Assembly (NCBI RefSeq): GCF_018350175.1
Contig: NC_058368.1
Span: forward strand, 75,270,001-75,334,000
Length of the DNA stretch: 64,000 nucleotides
DNA from: Felis catus
Taxonomy: Eukaryota
Direction of reading: 5' to 3'
A program made the translations under genes and the position numbers. The notes under the pieces were generated by a model. The model searched no databases and was not told where the DNA came from. It saw only the letters and a list, made by a program, of their open reading frames with translations. Positions 11,882-25,384 of the stretch are shown piece after piece (the stretch's first letter is position 1; every line of letters begins with the position of its first letter).

Positions 11882-13584
11882 CTCCCTACCATTGATTCCG
11901 AACTTTGGAAAACCGAAATCTCAGCTTACTGCCTCAATTCTGCAGCATCCCCTGATGCCCCCTGTACGTTTTCTTATTTCAGTGAATCGCGTTCTTAGGT
12001 AATTCTAAGCTGTTTAACTTACATCGCTATTTCCACTATGAGAGTGTCCTGCGTTAACGCAGCTGACTTGATGGCTTTTCGTTTTGTCCGTTCCTGGAGG
12101 GTGACGCCTGGGACCTATGGTTTGCTTTGATCTTAAGTGGGACATGGTTTTTCGATCGTATGGCAGGCAAAGCTGCTGTTGTTCTCTCTGCGCTATGTTG
12201 TGAGAGCACAGTATTTGGTGTCCCGTCCAGTTATTGTGGCCTGAAGTGTAGTGAATCCCGGAAGTAGACGTCCTCGCTCTTGCAATATTTACTCGTCTCC
12301 TACATCAGGGCTCATGGCACCTGTACCTTTGAGGGGCAGTGGAGTGGATACCCCCTCCTGTGGAATGTAGATCATCTTTCTATTTCAGTATTTCACCCAA
12401 CTGTCCTCAAATTTGCAGAAAATATCCGCCTGATTTTCCAGCGTCTTTGTTTTTATGTTTGTCCCGGTAGCTATTGCCACAAATGCCCAGTTAGAAGGAG
12501 GAAACCATGAATATCCACACTGTGGGGATTATATGCATATACGTGAATAACATTATGTAGTTGGTATGTAAATATCACAACAGTGTTTGCACCATTTCAT
12601 ACCCACCGCGCTCGCATACGACCACCCAATCATCTACTTAAGAGGTTCCCAAGCAGTTTCGGAGAGTCCAGAAACCCCCTCATGAATGGACATGGGAAGA
12701 TCGTGTTGCAGAGAAGTCTCCTGTGGGTCCCCTGGAAAAGTTCTGCCTTTGTCCATCTGCCTTATGGGAGTGTCCCACTGTGTTCTATTTAGCCAAGTAC
12801 AGCTACCTTTACTCCCTAACAAGCGGTGACACGGGGGCAGTTGTTCTGTTCTGTTTTGGTTGTGTGTGAGAAAACACTGCCAAAGACACTGAAGTGTCTA
12901 ATTCAGAACATGGACGTTCAAGGACAGCACATGTGGTCGCCACTGAAGCTTATAGTCTTCCCGACTGCTGTCCCCTTCTGCTGTCCTCTGCTTCCACGTC
13001 GGCGGGAGTGAAGCAGAGGACCTCGGTCTCCCTTTCCGGCTCACATTCGGTCCCCGGAGAAAATCAACAGAGCCCATGATGCCTTCTACCCCAAGCTCCA
13101 TCCATCAGCACAAGAAGCCAGGGCTCTCGATGACTGTCATCCCCTCACGTAAATCCCTTATGGCCTTGCACACACTGTCCCTCTCCCCAGCTGGTGGGAG
13201 CAGCCAGGACAGAAGGATGGTCCAGAGAGGAGATGGGAATTCTGCAGTGGCTCCATCTGCTGGGGGGTGAAAGCTGGCCCAGGTGGCAGGGCTGGCCCTG
13301 GAGAGCACCCCCCCCCCGGCGACACATCCATGGAGATGGGCAGACGTGGAGCTTGCATGAAATCATGAAATCTTTTCTGGTAGCTTCTGGCTGTTCCCAT
13401 GAAATAAATTGCCAGGTGAGACTGAAGGAGGGACATTGGGGATTATAGTGAAGACAAGGAACTTTCAAGGATACAAAAGAAAATAAAGAATGAAATAGTC
13501 ATCTGTGTAATTAAGAGAACCAAGGGCAACAGAAATAGAGCATTGTTGTCCAAGAACATCGGTACCCGATTCTGGGCATAAAAT

Positions 13585-14047
13585 CTTCCTGTGCTTTCTC
13601 GTCTCAGAGAAAAAAAGTCCCCATGAGCTCTGACTCCATCTCCCAATGCTTTAGTGCTCATTCATCCTGCTCCAGTTAGACTGGGCTCTACGGTTCCTTC
13701 TGTATGCTAGAAAGGCTCCTGCCCCGAGACCTTTGCACCTGCCTTTCCTGCCACGTGTAAGTCTCTCTTCCTGGATCCCCCACTTAGTTCTGGCCTCTCT
13801 GCCTTGAAGTTTTGCCCTAACGTGCCGTCTCACTGAGGCCTCCCCACATCCTCACTCTAAAGTGTCCCTCCCCAGTCTCCGTCCTTCCTCTGCTTTATCA
13901 ATCAATTCCTAAGCTAACATGAAATTAACTTTTTTTGTATTGCTTTTCGCTCCCGAAGGAAAAGGCATTCTCTGTATGCATTTATTTGTGGTTACAACTG
14001 TGCCTGGCACAGATTAGCAATAAAGAACTTTCACTGAACAAATGCAT
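13585..14047 (+). mobile_element. L2 3' fragment
   Basis: gacctttgcacctgcc, ctgaggcctccc, tgcctggcacag and a terminal tgaacaaatgcatg resemble the L2 3' end. Confidence 0.7.
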
Positions 14048-16205
14048 GGGGAGAATTTCAAGGACACATGGAATAATTGTGTCTTATTAATTTTGTATCC
14101 ATTGCTCATTTTCACGAACAGGAAACACTCGTTACGTGCCAGAAACACACAGGCAGCGGTCTTGTTTCCGTGTGTGCCCTTAACTTGTAACTCAGTCGAC
14201 AAGAGCATTGAGTCTTCGATGCTGCTTATACCCACAGAAAGGAATTAAAAAAATTTTAAGCATCTATCTAAGCCAGATGAAGAAGAACTCTGTTAACAGC
14301 CTAATCTATTTGGATGATTTCCTAACATCTCATTTTGTAACTGAAAATACAGGGCTACGGATCCACTGCTGAACCATTCCTGTAGCCTATTTGTATACAT
14401 ACTATATTCAAAAGCATCTTGAATTTTTTAGCCTGGGAGCACCTTATGCATGTATTATGCATTTTTGTATATCCAACGGTTACTTATTTGTGACGCATAA
14501 TATGTATTCTATAAAATATTATTACTACTTCCTTTCTAACTGGTTTTATAAGATACATTCGTATATAGATTGGCAGAGTATTATCAACAATTTTCCCGTG
14601 TTTGGCTTTACTGTATCCGCAGAACAGCAGGCTCCCCTTTCCAGAGACTTGACGTCCAAAGATACATGGCGTCAAACGGAACACGTGGCTTTTTGCCTAA
14701 CTTGGCAACGAAGTTAGCAAACTTCACAATTCAAGACTAGTTCTATTTTGAAACGTGAGTAATCCGTTTGGGGTACTCATTGATGAAACTAACTGGATAC
14801 TTTCCAAGTCCCGCTTTACAACGCATAACGGTGGTGTTTTACATTCAGAATGAAGTAGAAAATTCTAGAAAATAGGTGCATACAGAAAAATTTCATCTGA
14901 GATATTTCAGGGAAACAATGAGTGATCATCTCACAACTCTCTTCAGATTGAATTTTGAATCCGAGTCGATCAACTCAGAACAAACAATGGATTGGTCTAT
15001 CATCCATAATCTTATGGCCGGACTTTTCCTTCAAACAGGCAACTTAACAAAATTGCGATAAAAAGAACCGTGTTTGTTTTGTTGAAAGGATATTTAGGGA
15101 CATAATCACTGAAAGCAGAAATGGTTTGTTTTCTGGGTAGCAGCATAATATGGCTGGGAGTGTGGCCATTGGATCAAAATAAGCAATTAAAATGTATTCA
15201 ATGTGTCCAAATTTTATACATCTTCTCACAATCGCTCATAATGCAAATAGAGACCTCATGTCTGATTGAAGTCCTTCATTTATGGTGAAATCTCTGATAT
15301 TTTATCGCGAGGAAACGGTGTAAGCAGCTCTTTGCTTTCACCTCACACTCACCTGTTTCTGTTATTGTTCAAACCTGCTGGGCATTGCTTTCTGTAAGCT
15401 TTCGAGGACAATTTAGTCAGTGGTCAATAATGTTGCATCACTATTGCATTCAAAAAGCAGGCAAACAGGTATGCTTTCCATCCGCAATAAAACCATCCGG
15501 GCAGCTCCAGTGTGGCAATGGGTTGCTAAATATCAACATGTAGATTTAAAGAAATATATTCACTTTTATTTTTAAGATATCCCTCCGGCATCTAAAAATA
15601 CCGGTGGGCCACCTTTGGTTTAAGATTATCTATTACCACCACTTAATCTAGCCCACCCTACACGGTGCCAACTTACGTTTTATTCTCTATCAATGATTCT
15701 GAAACCTGCGTATGTTTTTAGTCCGATCACACGATTATTTTACACTGTTCTTTAAAGTTTCTCCTATGATGGCTTATTTCTTCCAAGTGTGTTGCAGTCC
15801 CTGGAGTTTACATGGGATTTTAGGATATAGTAGGACCAATCTATTTAGGTTCTGTGCTTACTCCAAGGGCACAGTTTACTCCTATGTAGAGGCATCCTTC
15901 CTAGCCCCTCACGGTCTGGGGCTTCAACCGGGAACCTGAACTATCACCCCAGACACCTTCCCCTGGGCTGGCATTGAACTCCAAGAGAGGCTAACTGCTG
16001 AAAGCCCTGTCTGGGCTTTAGGGTCTCAGCTGCCGGTTTCTGCCAGGTTTCGGCACAGTGGCAGCTTTGCAGTGAACCAATAATCTGGGGCAACTTTACA
16101 CGCAGATTTTTCATCCGTTGCTTTCAGGCTTGCTGCTCTTCGAGTTCAAGACATTTTCTGAGACCTGGACAACTGTCTCTTCGCCTGGCAAGAATAGACC
16201 TTTTA

Positions 16206-16427
16206 AATATTTTTTTAACGTTTTTTTTTTTTTTTTTACTTTTGAGACAGAGAGAGACAGAGCATGAACGGGGGAGGGTCAGAGAGAAGGAGACACAGAA
16301 TCTGAAACAGGCTCCAGGCTCTGAGCTGTCAGCACAGAGCCCGATGCGGAGCTCGAACTCACGGACCGCAAGATCATGACCTGAGCCGAAGTCGGCCACC
16401 CAACCGACTGAACCACCCAGGCGCCCC
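16206..16427 (-). mobile_element. CanSINE (felid)
   Basis: Perfect 16-bp TSD AAGAATAGACCTTTTA (16190-16205, 16428-16443). Confidence 0.97.
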
Positions 16428-16707
16428 AAGAATAGACCTTTTATTTAGGTTTCACATCTTTTGGTAAGCCACCTGTGCTTGCCGCTTGAGGAAGCCACAC
16501 GTTTTTGTCACTGCCCTGTCATGCATCCGGGGACAAAACTCTTTCCTTTGCATTTTGAGGTCCATGTTTCAAAACCCAACAGCGTTCTTTCCCCATCCGA
16601 GCCTTAATACACAGAAATCGTGTACTAGACTCGACAGACGATGGGTATAAACGCTCTATATTCTCATTCCCCGCCTGAACATCCTGAGTTTGAGAGTTTA
16701 AAGTTTT

Positions 16708-17062
16708 CTTTTTTCTGTGATGACTCAATTCACATCGTATAATGTCTTCCAGGTTTCCCATATTGACACATAGCGCAAAATCCCTTCTCTTCAAAGGCTG
16801 GAAGGATTCCATTTTCTTTACAGACACGTCAGTTCATTCCCTAGTGAGGCTGTTTCCACGTCTTAGCTATTGTGATGGTGTCACAGGGAATGTAGGGATG
16901 TTTAAGTCTCAAGATCCTGATTTCAATTCTCTTGGATAAACATCTAGATGTTGGGCTGCTAGGTCATCCAGTGGTTCAAGGTTTAAGACTTTGAGGAACC
17001 TCCTCCATACTGCTTCCATTGTGGCCATGTCCTTTTGCTTTCCCACCAACAGTCAATGTATA
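16708..17062 (-). mobile_element. L1MA/L1MB-like 3' region fragment
   Basis: gtttccacgtcttagctattgtga, ctcaagatcctgatttcaattc, tttgaggaacctcc, ttcccaccaacag. Confidence 0.85.
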
Positions 17063-17329
17063 AAATGTGGAGTAAAACTAAAATTTGGAGAATTGGGCCG
17101 ATTCTCCCCGTCATCTCTTTGCACCTCTCTGTATACAAACATATTCCCACACATTTATTTGGGGACATTCCCCAGAATGTACATTTCCCATAATTCTTGT
17201 AATTATCAGCTGCATGACTAGTCTTGGCCACTGGGGACAAAAGCAAGTTTTATGGTCTTGTTGGATAGAGTGAATGCGTCTCGATACCTGTCTACCGGCT
17301 ACAGTGTAGATCAGAGGATTCAAACTCCA

Positions 17330-17541
17330 ACCTCCGACCGTGAGATAACCTGATAATGGAAATTCGCACAGAGGGAGCCACAAAGTTTGAGAAGCTGTGG
17401 TCTCTGCCCCTGTGCCAGGGTTTGGCACCTCTCGATGGCTCTCTCTGAGCTCTGGTAGTGAGAGGGAGAAGTAAACGTCTCTCTTGTTGAGACCAGTCTT
17501 GATTTTTATGTTACCCATAGCCACATCTAATCCTAATGGTG
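17330..17541 (+). mobile_element. Old MaLR LTR 3' part (MLT1J/K-like)
   Basis: agaagtaaacgtctctcttgttgagaccagt...ttatgttacccatagccacatctaatcctaa resembles the MLT1 3' end. Confidence 0.5.
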
Positions 17542-17818
17542 CGTTCTTTAATTCGGATGGTATAGATGCTGTATTTTAAATCTTGCATTGTGCAGATATT
17601 ATATGTCTGAAGACACAGGCACACAACAAATGGGGAAAAAAATCAAAGTTTTTCATCATAATTGTGTTTTTGACTCTCTGATACTATAAATATAAATAGT
17701 ATTTATATTTGTGATCCCAGAAGTAGAAGCAATAAGAAGCCTTGAATAATGTCAGTATTTTAAATAAGGAAGTGGTGCCAAAATCTAGCTGAAATGTTCA
17801 TATTATTAAAAAAACGTA

Positions 17819-18040
17819 GGGGCGCCTGGGGGGGCTCTGTCGGTTGACCGTCCGACTTCTGCTCAGGTCATGCTCTCGCGGTTTGTGGGTTCGAGCCCTG
17901 CGTCGGGCTCTGTGCTGACAGCTTGGAGCCTGGAGCCTGCTTTGGATTCTGTGTCTCCCTCTCTCTCTGCCCCCCAACCCCCACTAACATTCTGTCTCTC
18001 TCTCTCCTTCAAAAATAAATAAACTTTAAAAAAAAATAAA
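17819..18040 (+). mobile_element. CanSINE
   Basis: Head, CT tract, AATAAA tail. Confidence 0.95.
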
Positions 18041-18163
18041 AAAGGTAATACATGAACATAAAACGTTGCATGTCATTGGTGATGGAGGCAACTTTGTGAA
18101 GATGTTAAAATGCAGGATGATTGGCGTTCTAGGAGGGGAGTTCATTAAAGCGCGAAACAGGTA

Positions 18164-18386
18164 GGGGCACCTGGGTGGCTCAGTCGAATGAGCATCCAAC
18201 TCTTGATTTTGGCTCAGGTCATGATCTTATGGTTTGTGGGTTCCAGCCCTGTATCCTGGGTGCACTTATAGCATGGAGCCTGCTTGGGATTCTCTCTCTC
18301 CCCCTCCCTCTCTCCCTCTCTCTCTCTCTCTGCTCCTTCCCTGCTTGCATTCTCACTCTCTTGCTCTCAAAATAAATAAATAAATA
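18164..18386 (+). mobile_element. CanSINE (older subfamily)
   Basis: ggggcacctgggtggctcagtc...actcttgattttggctcagg, CT tract, (TAAA)n. Confidence 0.93.
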
Positions 18387-18486
18387 TATATATATTTTTA
18401 AATCAACACGAAGCAGATAAATTAAGAGAAAGCTCCTCTTCAATACGAATTAACTGTTTTCATATGTACTTTTCTTAACATGTTCA

Positions 18487-18549
18487 ACTCTTTAGGGACT
18501 TCTAACCCACCTGAAATGTTTCGACTCTTTAGGGACTTCTAACCCACCT
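18487..18549. repeat. Tandem duplication, period 37
   Basis: ACTCTTTAGGGACTTCTAACCCACCT identical at 18487-18512 and 18524-18549. Confidence 0.95.
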
Positions 18550-19599
18550 TACGTGTTCATACGTTAAACAATCTGCATTTTCCCACACAGTTGAGACACC
18601 TTGGTGATTTGGCAATGCAACAGATTACTTTGTCTCACTGCAAACTGATCAGCTTTGAGGACCCTTCATTTGCATAGTTTAAAAAAATGTTCCCCTCTTT
18701 CAGTAAAAAGCAACAAGTCCTGGTCCAAAAAGGCACTGGGTACACGCAATGAAGCCCCCACTGATCATTTGGTTTTCGGTGAAATCTCTTCACTTCCTAC
18801 AATCACTCCTGTACCTATATTTTTAGTTTGTTCAAAAAAAAAAAGTTATGTTAATTTCTTATGATATTTTTGAGCCGAATTGAGATACAGACTTTTCAGA
18901 TGACTCATGTAGCAACACAGCAAGCATCTGCTCAGACTACCAGAGACTACCAGGAGGGTATTAAATAAAAAGTGAGCATGTGTGCCCTCTTTAAGACATT
19001 AGACATGACCAGCTGTTTCATATTCTCAGAGCTCTTTCAATAATAAAAAGCTCCCAGGAAGCTTCCAGGTAAGTGGGTTTGCAGAGGCAGTGGGCCTGAG
19101 AGGCTGAGTGTGCGGGCAAGGAGATACAATAGCATTGCTCAGCAGTCTTGCGTTTTCTAGGGCAAGCTGGTGACAGCCTCCCCAGCCCGTGGGCATGCAT
19201 TAGGCCAAAATCCATGCATAGAAAGACCAAACAATCTACTAGCCCCTGTTCAAATACCCCTTTCGAATTTAAAATATTTAGGTGCTCACTGTAATGCAAT
19301 TCTAAATATAGAAAAATCGGGCTCCTTTTTAACTGTGCAGGGTATGTTATAAATCATCTTGAGTAAGCAGAGTAGGAATCCTGCAAGAGAAAGCTTTTTA
19401 TGCTTTTCCCCTTTCGTGGCTAATAACTGGAATAATTCATTAAACTCCTTTATGATGATACCCTTCCCAACATCACTGGCGGAAGCGTACTCTAAAAGGG
19501 CATTTATCCATTCAACTTTAAAATACACAAGACCAACACTGTACCGTACTTTAAACAAGAGCTGCACCGAGTCCCCACTAGCGTAGTAGATCCCATCAG

Positions 19600-20027
19600 G
19601 GTATTCCTAAATGAAAGTGAGTCCTGGATCTCTGGAAAGGACTCTGTTACAAACAGGGCTGAATGGCACCTTTATCTACATCCACTGCTCCATGGCGTGC
19701 TGAGTGGTCTTAGCTATCTGTTCCAGGGACAGACACTTGGGGTCAATGAAGGCAATCAGGTTCTTATCTTCAGTTACCTGAAATTTGGAATGGAGAGACA
19801 TAAAGCCTGGAGTCCCTTATGCTGAGCCTCACCAAAGGCAGACTGGTCACAGCAAAATCCACAAGCTCCTATTGCTGATTTTCTAGTGTTATCATGGCTT
19901 CTTCCCCAGCTCCCTGGCTTCGCTAATAAGTTCTTATTTTAATTTAGCTACCCCCGTGCCTGCTCTTCCCCCTAAAATAGTAAGAGTCATTTCCTACTGC
20001 TTGCAATAAAGAAAATATTACTCATAT
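19600..20027 (+). mobile_element. Old ERVL-class LTR (LTR33-like)
   Basis: 3' end ctaataagttcttattttaatttagcta...atttcctactgcttgcaataaagaaaatattactcata. Confidence 0.45.
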
Positions 20028-20339
20028 GTAAACTAGTCTCTGGGCTTACCATTATTTTTTGCCACTATCTCTATATCTCCAGTGCCTAGGTTGTTAAGGA
20101 CATCACTGATTTCACAAACTTCTTTATATGTCAAATCTCTATCATCTAAGCTAGTAAAACATATTAACTAGATAAGCTTGTTGATTGCTTACATTTTACT
20201 CCTTTTAAATTTCAAGAGAACCCCTTCTTTAAATAGGAAGGATGGAAAGGCATTTGGAATTGATGGGCTATGAATTATAAGACAAAGGCTGGTAAAGAAA
20301 AACCTACATCAGATGGGGTCCTATGAGGTACTTAAGCTC

Positions 20340-20915
20340 GGAGAGCCTGGAAAGGATTCAGAGCATTTGAAGCCGGAGTTAAACACCATCCGATATATGC
20401 CCAGTGGGGACTGGGCAGCAGATGAGCGATGGGGAAGTTCAAACAGGGTGGGGATTTGTCGCTGTTGCTAAGTTGGGAACAGTAGTAGCAGCTAGGGTTG
20501 GGTATTGGCAGTGTGAAAGGGAAAACGTAATCGGGTCTGAGAGAAATGTTCAGGAATTTAAAGGACTGGGGCTTGATTATCTACCCAGTCCAAGGGGCAG
20601 GAGGAGAATTGCCCCACAGGTTTCTTCCTTATGCAGGTACAAAATACCACCGTTAGAAATGAGGTGGTAAATTTCGTAATTTTACGAAATGAAACGTAAA
20701 TTTCAGGTTTGAAGGGCTTGCAAGACTGGGGGTGATGCTGCTCAGCAATGGCTGGAAGGTTAGGACCAAGAACTGTGGTAAAGATACCAAGGTGCAGACG
20801 GTCTGCATGGAGATGTTGAGAGTGGGTGCAACCTCCTAGGGAGAGAAGGCAGAAACTGAGAAGAGATGGCCTTAAACGTTGGGGAGTGCAATATTTAAGA
20901 AATACAAAGAGGAAG
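20340..20915 (-). mobile_element. L2 fragment
   Basis: Purine-rich antisense L2 pattern (gggtctgagagaaatgttcagg, cctagggagagaag, ggggagtgcaatatttaag). Confidence 0.6.
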
Positions 20916-20920
20916 GTAGT

Positions 20921-21193
20921 TGTATGTGTCTGCTCCGGCTGCCATGACAAAATACCACAGACTGGCTGGGTTGAGTGACGGAATTGATTTGTTCATAGCT
21001 CTGGAGGTCAGGTGTTGGCAGGCTCTGTCTCTTTTTCCTTAAAAGGACACCCAGTCCTGTTGGATTAGGGCCCCACCCTTCTGACTTCACTTGACCTTCA
21101 TTATCCCCGTAAATGTTCTATCCAAATATAGTCACATTGGGGGTAGGGCTTCAACATATGGATGGGGGGAGGTACACAATTCAGTCCACAATA
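20921..21193 (-). mobile_element. MaLR LTR, MLT1A/B-like, internally deleted
   Basis: ggctgccatgacaaaataccacagactgg ... aaggacacccagtcctgttggattagggcccc ... cttcaacatatg ... acacaattcagtccacaata. Confidence 0.85.
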
Positions 21194-24100
21194 ATGATCC
21201 AGAGAAAAGGGACTGTGGCAGGTCTTTGAAGGCAGAGGACAATGCCTACGATACCGTGAGTAGGCTGGGGACGTCTGAATCTTCACTTGTGGGTGCTGCC
21301 CTTAATTCTGAATTGACCACTCTCTCCCTGGTTGTGTGTTTTCCCCCAGGGACGCTCATAAGCGTGGCTTAGGTGAAGAGATAACCATGATTTTTTTTTT
21401 CTTTCTTTCCAAACCCTGGATTTTTCTTTCAAGTGTGTGTGATAGAGCAAGAATTGAGAAAGTGAGTTTAGAACAATGACATAGGTGTTGTCAAAGTCCA
21501 TGGAGCATGAAACCTAAACTGTTTGGGGAAGAGGCAGATTTTATTTATTTAATAACATTTACATAAAGCTCACGTGGCACCAAGCATTTCTAACAACTTT
21601 ATAAAAATTAACTCATTTAAGCAATGACTAGGACAGGGTATGAGAAACAGTATCAAATGGAGGCCCAGGCCAATCAAAGAACCAATGGTTAGAACCAACT
21701 GAGAGACAGTATTAGACTCTGTTTGATGCATTGCCTTACATTTTATTCTTCAGTCAGGTTCTTGGAAGCACCGTGTCAACCTACACACACAGGTAAGGTG
21801 ACATTCAATGGTCTTTCATGACTCAGAGATTATGTGTTCGGATCTAAGAGCTGATAATGTTAGCTAAGTATCACTTCTCAGGCCATGTTTTTTTTTTTTA
21901 ATTACCTTTTTTAGCTGGAGAGAAAAAGACGACATTAGGCCAGTACACATGAATTTGATGATTTTTCTTGTGGTGCTTACTACTTTTTTGTTGTTGTCTT
22001 AATTTTTTTTTTTAATTCTCATCTTTAAGCATCATCCCTTGGGCCGTCTCTCTTTGCTCGTTTTGAGTTGATTAAAGTGTCATCCTGACTTGTATATTAC
22101 AGCCAATTCTAAACTTTATCTGAAATTTGAGTTCTTCACCAATAGTTTTGTTGGTTGGCCTTCGCCTGTTGTTGTCATGTGGCCTTGATTCCTATGGCAT
22201 ACATCGTTTTTGATCTAGAACGTTATCTTTCTTCTTTTCTCTTCCATGTAGGGACAGAAGGAAAACATCTTTTTTATAAAAACTTCACTGAAGGTAACTG
22301 ACTGCAAGGGTTCTGATATGCTTTTTGTTCATTTCCTCATGCAAATGTAGAATATTGCCACACTGAGAATCCAACAACTATTTTATTCCAAGTTTTTTAT
22401 TTGTTTGCTTTTAATATTCTGTCTGCTCCCAGAAACGTGTATTTCTTTTCTGACATAGGGTGATTTATTTTTCAGAATCTAACTCTTTAGTTAGTTAATA
22501 CAGCATTATTGAAATACCTTTGGTTCCAAGATACTGACAAACTCAATATTATGGGTGAAGTTTTCAAAAATAATGTATCTTGGTGATCATATCCTGAGTT
22601 CTTTCACCCCGATGTTCACAAAGAGAGGCTATGTAAAATATAGTATTACATTGAACACAAACTGCGACACGCTTGATTTATTTGTTAAATTAGTCGTTAC
22701 ATAGCTCGTAAATATTCAAAATACTCTAGACCAGCATAACAACAGTCTTTCAATACTTATAAGGGAGATCAGGAGAATTTTTATGTCAAAGTGGGTTTGA
22801 AAGGTTTCAGAATGTTAAAACAACTTGCAGAAATTTCTTTTTTTCCCCAAACTTTGAGAACCATTATTCTAGAGAATCACAAAGACAAAACTGTAGAGAG
22901 GAAGTTGAAAACCAAATCCAATGAATGCATTGCTGTTATAATCACTGCTTGTACCCAGGTGATAAATAATCCTGTGGGACTGGATATGAAACCCAGCAGT
23001 GGCCAGCTTCCTGCAGATGCCATTGTTTTTGTGTAGTGCCAATCTTGAAGCCATACTCAAAACCATGATGCATCCACCAACCAGATATCATCCATAACAC
23101 TTTTTTGAAGGTTTGGAGATAGTGATTTTTATAGCTTTTTAAAAATTTATGTTCATATCCCAGAGCAGAAATATGATCCAACTTTCTATTAGGAAGGATG
23201 TCCTCCCACCCCTCAAAGTTTCAATTCCTTCCCAATAACTCCATCTCTCCTTCTCTGTCAATATGTAGACTCAAAGAGCCCCTTTTGCTGGGAGCGATTA
23301 AACTCTTTATTTTCTGTTTTCATTTCCACTCTGCTGAAGAGACCCAGGCCTGCAACATGCTCCTTGTGGGGCTGTCGCCTCCCACCCAACTGTATGTACA
23401 CTGAGATTTAAGTGTGCTGGCCGGCTCACAGGCTGGCCGGCTACACGCGGGACCTCTACACATCTCAGTGTTTCTTTCTGTTTCCTGAGTTTGTTGTAAC
23501 TCAAAAGCAACAGAAGTTTCTGTAATTAAAAAAAAAGCTGTAATTGTGTTATGGAACTGGGTAGGTTGAATGAACATGTCATGATTTTGCACAGAAGAAT
23601 GTTTGGTGCAGGTGGTGAAGGAGTCAAAAGGCATGGTGTCGTAAAACCAGTTATAATCAAGGTCTTCGGGATGGGGCGAGAAGGAGGGCGATGCTGGAGA
23701 AAATGCTGGTAGTTCTAAGGAGGGTGCTTTTTGCATTCTCCTAACAGTTTCCTACTGCACACTCAGCCAGAATCCTGTGTTTCTTCCTCTGCCTCGGTCA
23801 GTGGAAATAGTAGGGAGAGTAACGGAGCCTAAAAAGGGGAAGATGAAAAGCCATTGTATGTGTTTTGTTTTGTTTTGGGGCAGGAATACAAACATATGGG
23901 CCCAACTTATGAAAACGGCCCTTGCCTACCTCCCGTGGAACACCTGAATAGCAGTGGGCAATTTAGAAACAAAACACACACATAAAATCGCTGGCTTCTG
24001 TCAACTGTCTTTAGTTTCTTGCATTATGGGATTAGATCAAGCCGGCAGACAGCTAGATTCCAGTCCCTCCGGGTATTATGGTTCACACTCAGAACGTGCT

Positions 24101-24625
24101 CTGGTGTTAGATGTTAAAGTCTACTGGCCTTTCCATGGCTCCCTTTTTCTTTAGCGTTACCTAACACGGTATCCCTAAGCAAGCAATAATGTGCGGTCTT
24201 GGAATTTCAACTCCCAGATGTCCTCTGCCTCTAAATGCAATCTGTTTTTTATTAGTAATTGAGAGTTAATGTACTTTGCAGAAGGTCCCCATGTTCTGAG
24301 GTTATTCACACCTGCCCTGGAATTCTGCAATAGTCAAAGAGAGGCACTAATTTCATCCAACCGTAAAACACCTAGACTACAATAGTCTACTAGTAATGAT
24401 CGAAAGTTCTTCCCTTTCTTCCTCTCTTTCTTCCTTCCAGTCTTCTTTCCTACTTCTTTCTGAAAAGTCAAAGATTTTGATTTGGTTAAGTACACCATCC
24501 TGGATATTTGTGTATTATTGAATGAAACGTTATCAATCGATAGATTCTTAAACTTGGATTAAGGTTTGGTTTCTCTCTCTCAGAAATGTCAAACAGGGAA
24601 GTTCTTTGAGAAAATAATTCTAAGA

Positions 24626-24843
24626 GGGGCACCTGGGTGGCTCAGTCGGTTTGGTGTCTGACTTCAGCTCGGGTCACGATCTCAGGGTTTGTGAGTTTGA
24701 GCCCCGCGTCAGGCTCTGGGCCGACAGCTCAGAGCCTGGAGTCTGCTTTGGATTCTGTGTCTCCCTCTTTCTATGTTCCTCCCCTGCTCACACTATGTCT
24801 CTCTCTCTCTCTCTCTCTCAAAAATAAATAAAGAAAAAAAATT
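24626..24843 (+). mobile_element. CanSINE
   Basis: TSD agaaaataattctaaga / agaaaataattgtaagg. Confidence 0.95.
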
Positions 24844-25196
24844 AGAAAATAATTGTAAGGGAAACAATCTAGAAAATAATGGTCATGGTAATTTCAAGAG
24901 GACACATTTGATAAAGTTGAAATCATAGAACATTCTCTTGATATTAATTATCAATAGATACATGTATAACCAAAACCCAAGATGCTAGATTTCACTGACC
25001 CTTTTCTCTATATATAGTGACTGAAGATGCATGTAATACTTTGGAAAAAGTGTCCTCAAGTCACTTCTGGAAGTAAATTTGAAAGAAAGAACAAAGACAA
25101 GAATGTTAGCTATATTTATTATGCATACTTACATATTGTTGTTTATATCTTATCTATTCACAGAGTATATTATACATAAATAGATATACATTTCTT

Positions 25197-25384
25197 TTTT
25201 TTTCTTTTTTTTAACGTTTATTTATTTTTGAGACAGAGAGAGACAGAGCATGAACGGGGGAGGGTCAGAGAGAGGGAGACACAGAATCTGAAACAGGCTT
25301 CAGGCTCTGAGCTGTCAGCCCAGAGCCCGACGCGGGGCTCGAACTCACGGCCCGCGAGATCATGACCTGAGCCGAAGTCGGCCG
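25197..25384 (-). mobile_element. 5'-truncated CanSINE
   Basis: Begins at CGGCCGACTTCGG (head missing); perfect 12-bp TSD TATACATTTCTT (25185-25196, 25385-25396). Confidence 0.95.

Noticed and set aside
18487..18549. Direct repeats with a short spacer, superficially CRISPR-like
   Set aside because: Only two units, an 11-bp spacer, mammalian DNA and no cas genes.
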